This document shows positions 16,668 to 24,549 of a stretch of DNA of 32,000 bases, piece by piece. A model generated the notes under the pieces. The model did no database searches. It saw only the letters and a list, made by a program, of their open reading frames with translations, and was not told the DNA's origin. The position numbers and the translations under genes were made by a program. Origin of the DNA: Vulcanisaeta distributa DSM 14429 (GTDB lineage: Archaea > Thermoproteota > Thermoprotei > Thermoproteales > Thermocladiaceae). The stretch is taken from assembly GCF_000148385.1 (NCBI RefSeq), contig NC_014537.1, positions 870,001 through 902,000 of the forward strand. The letters run 5' to 3'. Position 1 is the first letter of the stretch, and each line of letters opens with the position of its first letter.

Positions 16668-17219
16668 TTAAGGTTTATTCGCACTCTGTTTCTCAAGCAC
16701 TAACTCTAAGTACGTCTTTCTCTCGATCCAATCCCTCTTAAGACCCAACCTATCCCCGAGTTGGAGCACCTCTTCTGTGGCTTTATTTATTAACTCTTTA
16801 TCATTAACCATGGTCTCCACCTCAACAAAACTACCTAGACCCTCAACCGTGTCTATGTAAATCGTGAAGTTCTCATAATTATAAATATCCCTCCTCTTCA
16901 CAACCCTAGCCACCTCCTTAAACTCGAGTCTCCTAAGAATCTCAAGGAGATTGTCAAGATCATTAACAGTAACGCTCAATTCCTCACGAGTCTTACCAAC
17001 ACTGCCAATACGTGGACCCTTGTACGTTAGCACCACGGTGCCATCACCATATACCCTAACCCTAAGCGCCTCGTCAGTTTTCGCAAAGTCTCTAATTGGG
17101 CTATTAAAGTATATGTCAGTTTCCTCAGTATGTTCAAGAAACCTCGCATTCAGTGATTTCAGCTTATCTTTAATTACATCATGGCTCGGGATCCTGTACT
17201 TAACCTCAACTTCAAACAC
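16668..17219 (-). CDS. CYTH-domain protein (triphosphate tunnel metalloenzyme; CyaB/ThTPase family)
   Basis: 183 aa. The N-terminal EVEVKY matches the ExExK signature. The length and beta-rich pattern fit class IV adenylate cyclase or CYTH proteins. Confidence 0.85.
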   Translation of the reverse strand: MFEVEVKYRIPSHDVIKDKLKSLNARFLEHTEETDIYFNSPIRDFAKTDEALRVRVYGDGTVVLTYKGPRIGSVGKTREELSVTVNDLDNLLEILRRLEFKEVARVVKRRDIYNYENFTIYIDTVEGLGSFVEVETMVNDKELINKATEEVLQLGDRLGLKRDWIERKTYLELVLEKQSANKP

Positions 17220-17264
17220 GGCATTATAGCCGCGCCTACTAATTTATAAACTATGCCCTGGCTT

Positions 17265-17290
17265 ATTGTTTAATTAAATTATTAAACAAT
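17265..17290. promoter_or_regulatory. Perfect 10-bp inverted repeat (attgtttaat-N6-attaaacaat) in a divergent promoter region
   Basis: The arms are 17265-17274 and 17281-17290. It lies between two aatttataaa TATA boxes (17241-17250 for the CYTH gene, 17314-17323 for the permease). Confidence 0.3.
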
Positions 17291-17345
17291 AAACGGTATT
17301 AATGAACAGAGAATTTATAAATTATTTAAAATAAACATTATAACG

Positions 17346-18872
17346 ATGGATAAGGAATACCAAGTCTTCATCAGGGAGTCCACGGGTTTGGTTAAGGAGG
17401 CTGGTTTTTGGGATGCTGTGTCGATAAACATCGCCAACATGTCAATAGGCGCGGCCCTTGGCACAGTGGGCTTCACATTGGCTGCCCTACCAACAGTGGC
17501 TGGTGCAAATCTGGTATATGCTTCGCTCATAGCTGCTCTCTTTGCATTGCCACAAGTGATTGTTTATTCAACATTGATTAAGTACATACCGAGGGTCGGT
17601 GGTGATTACGTATGGCTAGGAAGAGCCCTAGGACCAAAACTAGCCTGGCTAACCAACGGATTAGTACTTGGCTTCATAATAGAGAGCCTGGCATACTATG
17701 CATTAATAGCCTTCGCAGCCGTTTTTCAATTAGAGTCAGTATTACCGGTATTAGGCATTGATGCTTCACTAACAACTCTTCAGGAGATTGGTATAGGCGT
17801 TGCCTTCTTTGCCGTGATAGTTCTGGCCAATATACTAGGTACTAAGTATGGTATTAAACTAATGACAGCATTAACCACGGTATCCCTGCTCGGTTTAATA
17901 ATCGTCATCATAATGCTCCTAACAACGCCGAAGTCTCAAGTCATTAGTGCAGTATCCTCATTATTGCCGTCTGGTTACACGTATGCGAAGGTTGCCGGCA
18001 GCTATTCGGGACCCTCGTTCTCAATGAATACAATACTAATGCTATTGCCCTTCTTCGCAATTTACGTTTACCCATGGTTGAATGCCGGACCTGCGATTGC
18101 CTCAGAAATTAAGGGTAAGAGTGCATTGCGTTGGAATATACCAAGCGCCTTCATACTAACCCTAGCCCTACTAACTATAGGGTTCGAGGCTATGTATTAT
18201 TCGTTGGGCTTTAGCTTTGTTACTGCGGCGTTGTCTAATCCTGACCTTAATGGTGTTATTAACTTCTGGACAATAGCAATGGCGGTTTCACATAGTGTGG
18301 TTTTAAGTTGGTTTATAGGAATTTCATCAATCACTTGGTATCTAGCTATCTTAGCCTATGGTGCTATCGTCGTTGTTAGGTACTGGTTCGCGCTGGCCTT
18401 CGACAGGGTTTGGCCGAGCGCCTTCGCCTACATAAGCCCGAGGTTCGGAACACCAATATACGCACACCTATTCGACTTAGCAGTAACGGCATCCTTAATC
18501 GCCGCAGCTGGGTTCCTCTATAGCACATTCACTGCGCTGTATGGTGCTGTTGTTGAGGCGATAATATATTACATGGTAGTCGGTATTGCTGCAGTAATAC
18601 TTGCGGCGATTAGGTACTCGTCATTTAACATAAGTAATAAGTCTAGGGTTGTCTTGATAGTATTCGGCACATTAATGGCTGGCGTAATGGCATATTTGAC
18701 CTATGAGTTCCTAGCTTACCCACAGATTTGGGGCGGTAACTGGCTCGCCTACGGTGTTGAGCTTGGAGCCGTGGTATTGGGAATCACCGTGTATTTAATA
18801 TCGCGTTATATCAATATTAGGAGGTTTGGTATTGACATATCCGTGGCTTATGCCGAAATACCACCTGAGTGA
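17346..18872 (+). CDS. Amino acid/polyamine/organocation (APC) superfamily permease
   Basis: 508 aa with about 12 predicted hydrophobic helices. The N-terminal REST..V.EAGFWDAV..NIANMSIGAALG pattern is typical of APC transporters. Confidence 0.8.
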   Translation: MDKEYQVFIRESTGLVKEAGFWDAVSINIANMSIGAALGTVGFTLAALPTVAGANLVYASLIAALFALPQVIVYSTLIKYIPRVGGDYVWLGRALGPKLAWLTNGLVLGFIIESLAYYALIAFAAVFQLESVLPVLGIDASLTTLQEIGIGVAFFAVIVLANILGTKYGIKLMTALTTVSLLGLIIVIIMLLTTPKSQVISAVSSLLPSGYTYAKVAGSYSGPSFSMNTILMLLPFFAIYVYPWLNAGPAIASEIKGKSALRWNIPSAFILTLALLTIGFEAMYYSLGFSFVTAALSNPDLNGVINFWTIAMAVSHSVVLSWFIGISSITWYLAILAYGAIVVVRYWFALAFDRVWPSAFAYISPRFGTPIYAHLFDLAVTASLIAAAGFLYSTFTALYGAVVEAIIYYMVVGIAAVILAAIRYSSFNISNKSRVVLIVFGTLMAGVMAYLTYEFLAYPQIWGGNWLAYGVELGAVVLGITVYLISRYINIRRFGIDISVAYAEIPPE

Positions 18873-18892
18873 TTATTAAAAAATTGAATGTT

Positions 18893-18914
18893 AATTATCA
18901 ATTATCAGATAATT
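18893..18914. promoter_or_regulatory. Tandem half-site plus 7-1-7 palindrome (aattatc aattatc a gataatt) upstream of the wtpA TATA
   Basis: Half-sites are at 18893-18899, 18900-18906 and the inverted copy at 18908-18914. The element abuts the TATA-like ctttaatag (18922-18930), 24-32 nt before ATG 18954. Confidence 0.3.
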
Positions 18915-18953
18915 AATAAAACTTTAATAGAGCAGAAACACGGAATATTTTGT

Positions 18954-20123
18954 ATGGCGAATACAACCGTTTGGTTAGTCGTTGGCTTAATAATAGGTCT
19001 TGTAATTGGCGTGGCAATTGGCTATGCAGTTATGCCGCCTAAGGTAATTACTAAAACAGTTACTGTTACTAAATACGTTAATGTAACCACCCCTGTTACC
19101 ACCACAACCACGGTATCAACAGCTCCCTTCGCCGTTGGCGCCGCTGGCACTCTGAAGTTCGCATTTACGGACATCCTCAATGTCATGCAGAGCATGTATC
19201 CAGGCATAACAATAGCCCCCGCCATGTTTAAGGGTAGTGGTGAGGTTGCCCATACGGAGGCAACCACTCAACAATTCAGTGTTGTGGCCTCTGCAGACAC
19301 CACAACAATACCCTCCGTATTATTCCCTAACTACACTAATTATGAAATTGCCTTTGGAATTACGCAGATGGTCATAATAGTCAATCTAAATACCACGGCT
19401 GGGCAGGAGGTCTATCAACTATGGAAGCAAGCCCAGTCATACCCACCAATGTCTGCGCAGTACAATGAGACTTGGCAAGAGATTTGGCAGATAATAGCCC
19501 TTAACTCAAGCACAGTTGTTGGTGTCTCAAATCCATTCACAGACCCCTCAGGTTACCAGGCTCAGTGTGTCGTTAAGTTGGCGGGCTTGGCGTTCTTCAA
19601 CAATGCCTCTTACCTATACGATGCGATTTATGGGAACCCAAGTAAGTACATGATGAGGAATACGGAGATAGACCTACTAACGCTAATGGCCTCTGGGCAG
19701 GTGGACTTCATACTATCGGCCTACGAGAGCAATGCAATACCACAGACCCAGACGTACCATAATACCGTATTCATAACGCTACCGCCATTCATAAACCTCG
19801 GTAACCTAAGCTATGTTAATTACTATCACCAGGTTAGTGTCACCTGGACTGAGAATGGCGTCACGAAGACCTTTGCGTGTAACCCCGTTGTTTACACAAT
19901 AACGATACCGTTCCAGGCACCGAATAAGCAGGCTGCAGAGTACTTCCTACTACTGCTCTATAGCCCGATTGGTCAAAAGATACTTGAGGAGAATGGTATT
20001 CAACCAATAATGCCTGGCATTGTTTACGGTAATTACAGCGCTGTGCCTAATGCAATTAAACCCTTTGTTGCACCATTAAGCCAGTATCCACAGTATGCGT
20101 CCATATTCCCAAGCCAGGGCTAA
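18954..20123 (+). CDS. wtpA: Tungstate/molybdate ABC transporter substrate-binding protein (WtpA-like), TM-anchored
   Basis: Segments are colinear with P. furiosus WtpA as recalled: VSNPFTDPSGYQAQCVVKLAGL vs [22 protein letters not shown], and NPVVYTITIP...AAEYF...GQKILEENGIQPI vs KPIVYGITIP...AVEFV...GQEILRELGQEPL. I set the start at ATG 18954, giving an N-terminal TM helix and a Thr/Val-rich stalk. Confidence 0.8.
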   Translation: MANTTVWLVVGLIIGLVIGVAIGYAVMPPKVITKTVTVTKYVNVTTPVTTTTTVSTAPFAVGAAGTLKFAFTDILNVMQSMYPGITIAPAMFKGSGEVAHTEATTQQFSVVASADTTTIPSVLFPNYTNYEIAFGITQMVIIVNLNTTAGQEVYQLWKQAQSYPPMSAQYNETWQEIWQIIALNSSTVVGVSNPFTDPSGYQAQCVVKLAGLAFFNNASYLYDAIYGNPSKYMMRNTEIDLLTLMASGQVDFILSAYESNAIPQTQTYHNTVFITLPPFINLGNLSYVNYYHQVSVTWTENGVTKTFACNPVVYTITIPFQAPNKQAAEYFLLLLYSPIGQKILEENGIQPIMPGIVYGNYSAVPNAIKPFVAPLSQYPQYASIFPSQG

Positions 20124-20136
20124 GGGAATTAGTAGC

Positions 20137-20958
20137 ATGAATTTATTAAAAATGAACATACCCATTATTCTAATCCTGTTAATCTCCATATTCATATTCT
20201 CAATCCTCATAATTTACCCATTAGCCCTACTCATAGTCCTGGGCTTCCCAATGATACCAAAGGCCCTCTCCGTGGTTAGCTTCCTACAGGCGATTGAGGT
20301 GACGGTGGTCATGTCGACGCTATCAGCCATAATAGCGATAATTATGGGGACGCCAATAGCCTATGTAATGGCTAGGTACGACTTCCACCTAAAGAGTGTA
20401 GTGGATGCTGTGATTGACATACCAATAATGATACCCCACATAATCGTTGGGATCATGGTCGTGCTAGCCTTCGCCTCCTACTACGGTCTTGGCCCATTCC
20501 TAAAGGCTCACGGCATTAACTTCATAAACACTCTTTGGGGTGCCACAACCGCTGTTGCCTTTCTCTCGTCGACGTACTACATTAGGGTTGTTGAGGCGTC
20601 GATTAGGATGATAAACCCTGAAATGGAGGCTGTTGCGAGGACCCTAGGGGCTAGTCCATTAAGGGTCTTCACATCGATCATACTTCCCAGGATTTGGAGG
20701 TCTATGGCGACGGGCGCCATACTATCGTGGGCTAGGTCAGTCTCCGAGGCTGGTGCTCTATTCATTGTTGCCTACTATGTGCTGTTTGGTAAGAACCTTG
20801 TTTACCCAGCCTCGGTATACATCTACGAGAGTTACGTGGGTATTGGCTTAGTAAATGCTGTGGAGTTTTCAGCGGCGCTCGTTGCGGTCATGCTCATAAT
20901 ATTCATCATCTATAGGGTCCTGGTTAGCTTAGGTGGTGGTAATGCCTGGTATGGTTGA
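20137..20958 (+). CDS. wtpB: ABC transporter permease (CysTW/ModB/WtpB family)
   Basis: A multi-TM protein with an EAA-like loop (EAVARTLGASPLRVFTSIILP). I set the start at ATG 20137, 14 nt after the wtpA stop, rather than the track start at 20095. Confidence 0.85.
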   Translation: MNLLKMNIPIILILLISIFIFSILIIYPLALLIVLGFPMIPKALSVVSFLQAIEVTVVMSTLSAIIAIIMGTPIAYVMARYDFHLKSVVDAVIDIPIMIPHIIVGIMVVLAFASYYGLGPFLKAHGINFINTLWGATTAVAFLSSTYYIRVVEASIRMINPEMEAVARTLGASPLRVFTSIILPRIWRSMATGAILSWARSVSEAGALFIVAYYVLFGKNLVYPASVYIYESYVGIGLVNAVEFSAALVAVMLIIFIIYRVLVSLGGGNAWYG

Positions 20959-22000
20959 GTTAAGGAATGTGGTCGTGCGGCTTAGATACTTCACCCTAGG
21001 CCCAATAAACACGGTTTTTGAACGCGAAACATACAACGTGATTCTCGGGCCCACGGGATCGGGTAAGAGTACGTTACTTAAGACGATAGCGGGCATCTAT
21101 AAGGTTAGTGAGGGCAATGTGGTAATTGATGGCATCGACGTATCCAAGGAACCGCCGGAGACTCGTAATGTATCCTACGTACCTCAGGGTTATGCGATTT
21201 TTGACCACATGACTGTTTATGAGAATATTGAGTATGGGCTTAGGTTCAAAGGCATCCCTAAGCCGGAGAGACGTAGACTTATTATAGAGATTGCCAAGGA
21301 CCTAGGCATTGATTACTTACTTAATAGAAGGGCCGTTAATTTAAGTGGTGGTGAGCAACAGAGGGTTGCGTTGGCTAGGGCCCTCGTTATTAAGCCAAAG
21401 GTCTTACTACTGGATGAACCCCTCTCAATGCTTGATAGAGAGACCAGGGATAGGATAATATTGATGCTCAGGGAGTTGCCCAAGAAATATGGTATTACCG
21501 TGGTTCACGTGACTCATGATTGGGATGAGGCATACTCATTGGCTGATAAGGTGTATATCATGAATGAAGGCAAGGTACTGGAAGAGGGGGACCCCGAGCA
21601 GGTATTTAATAAACCAAGGAGTGTTTTCACAGCTCGGTTCCTGGGCTTCCAGAACATTATAAGAGGTTCTGCTAAGGGTAACCTTGTGGTACTTAATGGT
21701 GAAGTCAAATTGAGTATTAATGGTGAGGCTGATGGTGAGGTTTATGTTTGCATTAGGCCTGAGTGGATTAAGGTTATGGTAGATAATGGCGTTGGCTTAG
21801 AGGGTCATAATGTTCTTAGGGGTATTGTTGATGAGGTGATTAGGAGTAGGATTGGTTACCAATTATTGGTTTCAGTGGGCAGGGGATTAGTATTAACTGC
21901 ATTATCCGCCACGGCCTTTAAACCTGGTGATAGGGTCCTACTTATCATACCAAGTGAGAATGTTCATGTTATTAAGAGTAATGAGACTGTTAAAGTATAG
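20933..22000 (+). CDS. wtpC: ABC transporter ATP-binding protein with C-terminal TOBE/MOP-like domain (WtpC/ModC-like)
   Basis: Walker A GPTGSGKST, signature LSGGEQQRV, Walker B LLLDEP and H-loop VTHD are present. The start is ambiguous (20933, 20942 or 20951) and overlaps the wtpB end. Confidence 0.88.
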   Translation: MVVMPGMVELRNVVVRLRYFTLGPINTVFERETYNVILGPTGSGKSTLLKTIAGIYKVSEGNVVIDGIDVSKEPPETRNVSYVPQGYAIFDHMTVYENIEYGLRFKGIPKPERRRLIIEIAKDLGIDYLLNRRAVNLSGGEQQRVALARALVIKPKVLLLDEPLSMLDRETRDRIILMLRELPKKYGITVVHVTHDWDEAYSLADKVYIMNEGKVLEEGDPEQVFNKPRSVFTARFLGFQNIIRGSAKGNLVVLNGEVKLSINGEADGEVYVCIRPEWIKVMVDNGVGLEGHNVLRGIVDEVIRSRIGYQLLVSVGRGLVLTALSATAFKPGDRVLLIIPSENVHVIKSNETVKV

Positions 22001-22097
22001 TCACTATTCAGATAAATATTTTTCATGCATCTTCTATATTGGTCGATTGTCGAATTCATCTTCAGAAATTAATATAAATCCTTAAGCTTAACGTTAC

Positions 22098-23432
22098 GTG
22101 ATGAGCGAGGAATCAAGTAAATGGTTTAAGATAGCAATTGAGGCATCAAGGAGGTATGGAGGAAAGATAATGGTATTACCTAAGGTGCCCGTTAGGAGTC
22201 TGCAGGATTTCTCAATATGGTATACGCCAGGCGTTGCCGCAGTTTCCAAGGAAATAAATGCCAATATCGATAAGTCCTTTGAGTACACATGGAGGTGGAA
22301 CGCAATCGCGGTTTTAACTGATGGTAGTAGGGTCCTTGGGCTTGGTAATGTTGGTCCAGAGGCGGCAATGCCAGTCATGGAGGGTAAATCACTCCTCTTT
22401 AAGTATCTTGGTGGTGTTGACGCAGTACCACTACCTATTAGGGTAAAGACCCAGGAGGATATCGTCAACGTTGCTAAAGCCATAGAACCAGCCTTTGGCG
22501 GCATAAATCTTGAGGATATTGAGTCGCCTAAATGCTTCTATGTACTTGATAAGTTAAGGGAGGAGTTGAAAATAGCCGTTTGGCATGATGATCAACAGGG
22601 GACGGCAGGTGCGATATTGGCCGGCCTAATAAATGCCTTTAAGGTTGTCGGTAAGAAACTTGAGAATTCAACAATTGCACTAATAGGTGCTGGTGCGTCT
22701 AATATAGCCGCCGCCAGAATATTGATAAAGTACGGCGTTAAGCCAGGCAATATAATACTCGTTGATAGTAAAGGAATACTACACCCTGAGAGGGAGGACA
22801 TGGACAAGCTAATGCTTACTAATCCGTGGAAATATGAATTAGCGATAAAGACCAATGCGGAGAGGAGAAAGGGTGGCATTAAGGAGGCGCTCGTGGGTGT
22901 TGACGCCGTCATTGCAGCATCCGTTCAGGGACCTGGCGTGATTAAGAAGGAATGGATTAGGGCAATGAATAAGGACCCAATAATCTTTGCCCTAGCGAAC
23001 CCAATACCGGAGATCTGGCCCTGGGAGGCTAAGGAGGCTGGTGCTAAGGTTGTGGCGACGGGTAGGAGTGACTTCCCCAACCAGGTCAATAACTCCCTGG
23101 TATTTCCCGGAGTCTTCAGGGGCGCGCTGGATGCTAGGGTTAGGACCATAACTGATGAGATGGTTATTGCCGCAGCCCAGGAGATTGCCAACTTCGTTGG
23201 TGATCAATTAAGTGAGAATAAGATATTACCTACAATGGAGGAATGGGACTTTTACCCGAGGGTTGCGGCTGCTGTTGCAGTGAAGGCTGCGGAGCAGGGT
23301 GTCGCCAGGAGGTCACTAACCTGGAAGGATGAGTATAACATGGCTAAGGAGATCATTGCAAATGCCAGGTTAATGATTGAGACGCTTTATGGTAAGGGAT
23401 TAATAAGGGATTTACTTAGTGACTTAGTGTGA
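22098..23432 (+). CDS. NAD(P)-dependent malic enzyme (short, MaeB-type)
   Basis: 444 aa. Typical segments are [70 protein letters not shown] and [14 protein letters not shown]. The start is GTG 22098 or ATG 22101. Confidence 0.9.
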   Translation: MMSEESSKWFKIAIEASRRYGGKIMVLPKVPVRSLQDFSIWYTPGVAAVSKEINANIDKSFEYTWRWNAIAVLTDGSRVLGLGNVGPEAAMPVMEGKSLLFKYLGGVDAVPLPIRVKTQEDIVNVAKAIEPAFGGINLEDIESPKCFYVLDKLREELKIAVWHDDQQGTAGAILAGLINAFKVVGKKLENSTIALIGAGASNIAAARILIKYGVKPGNIILVDSKGILHPEREDMDKLMLTNPWKYELAIKTNAERRKGGIKEALVGVDAVIAASVQGPGVIKKEWIRAMNKDPIIFALANPIPEIWPWEAKEAGAKVVATGRSDFPNQVNNSLVFPGVFRGALDARVRTITDEMVIAAAQEIANFVGDQLSENKILPTMEEWDFYPRVAAAVAVKAAEQGVARRSLTWKDEYNMAKEIIANARLMIETLYGKGLIRDLLSDLV

Positions 23433-23434
23433 TG

Positions 23435-23731
23435 TTATACAGAGTCCTTAATTTGCTCCAATAATGAAATCACTTGCCAGAAGATAACCCTACTAAAAAG
23501 TGGCATGTTTGGGTCTGCCAATGCCTCGTCGAGTATGCTAATGACTGTTGACGCCTTAAGGCCTGGGCTCATGTTTGGGTCCATCAAAACCCTAACAGCC
23601 TCACTAGCCGCTCTCCTAATGTTCCTTGGAATGCCCATGTCCTGAACAACCCTGGTTAAGTAGTATAGGGCCTGTTTTATTCTCTCATCCGTTTCATCCC
23701 TGCTCAATCCAGGGGTTTGCCTGCTTGACAT
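23435..23731 (-). CDS. UPF0147 family protein
   Basis: The conserved core is IKQALYYLTRVVQDMGIPRNIRRAASEA...D. I prefer the start at M22 (23731), which has GGTGA 8 nt upstream. The 21-aa track extension would begin inside a TATA-like box. Confidence 0.75.
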   Translation of the reverse strand: MSSRQTPGLSRDETDERIKQALYYLTRVVQDMGIPRNIRRAASEAVRVLMDPNMSPGLKASTVISILDEALADPNMPLFSRVIFWQVISLLEQIKDSV

Positions 23732-23985
23732 ATTTTTCACCACTAGAAAGGACCTCTTTGCTGAGCAATCGTTGATAATCAAATATAAAAACATTTTCTT
23801 TGCTTAATTCATTGAATAACCTATGGTATTCATATTTTTTCAGGGGTTAGATATGCATGAATTATTTGCGTCTTTATGAACATGACAATGGTTAATTGAT
23901 TTTTAAATAGGTGTGTGAGAAAGATAATTATGTAAAGTAATTAGGTGCGATATGAATATTTTTATAACAAGCGAATGTTTTTTAA

Positions 23986-24474
23986 ATGGGTTCAGCGGGT
24001 ACTTCATTGATGTCAATAACCGAGGAGATAGACCAGACTGATATTGAGATTTTAAAGATGTTGCAGGATGATTGCAGGATAACACTTGACGAAATGGCTA
24101 ATAAGTTAAAGATTTCGAAATCAACGGTTTACTATAGGATCAAGAAGCTCGAGAGACTGGGCATAATACTTGGCTGTCATGCTAAGTTAAGCCCTGAGAA
24201 GATGGGTAAGGACTACGTCGCGGTAATACTCGTTAAGGCTAAGTACGGCCCTGGTTATCACGATAAGGTTGGTCAGAAGTTGGCGGGTATTAATGGTGTG
24301 ACGGCTGTTTACTACATATTTGGTGAGTGGGACTTTGTGCTTCAGGTTAGGGCTAGTGGTAAGGACGAGATTCTCAGGATTCTTGAGCAGATAATGAATA
24401 TGGAGGAGGTTGAGAGGACGTCAACGCTTATAGTGGCTAAGGTGATTAAGGAAGATCCAAGACTACCCATTTGA
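23986..24474 (+). CDS. Lrp/AsnC family transcriptional regulator
   Basis: The HTH segment is DQTDIEILKMLQDDCRITLDEMANKLKISKSTVYYRIKKLERLGII, followed by a RAM/ACT-like C-domain (GVTAVYYIFGEWDFVLQV). TATA atttttataac sits at 23953-23963. Confidence 0.9.
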   Translation: MGSAGTSLMSITEEIDQTDIEILKMLQDDCRITLDEMANKLKISKSTVYYRIKKLERLGIILGCHAKLSPEKMGKDYVAVILVKAKYGPGYHDKVGQKLAGINGVTAVYYIFGEWDFVLQVRASGKDEILRILEQIMNMEEVERTSTLIVAKVIKEDPRLPI

Positions 24475-24549
24475 GGGAATACAGCCTATTCATAATGTTA
24501 AAAAACAGGGAGGAGTAAGTTTAACTACTTGTTTCCTAATTAACCCATA

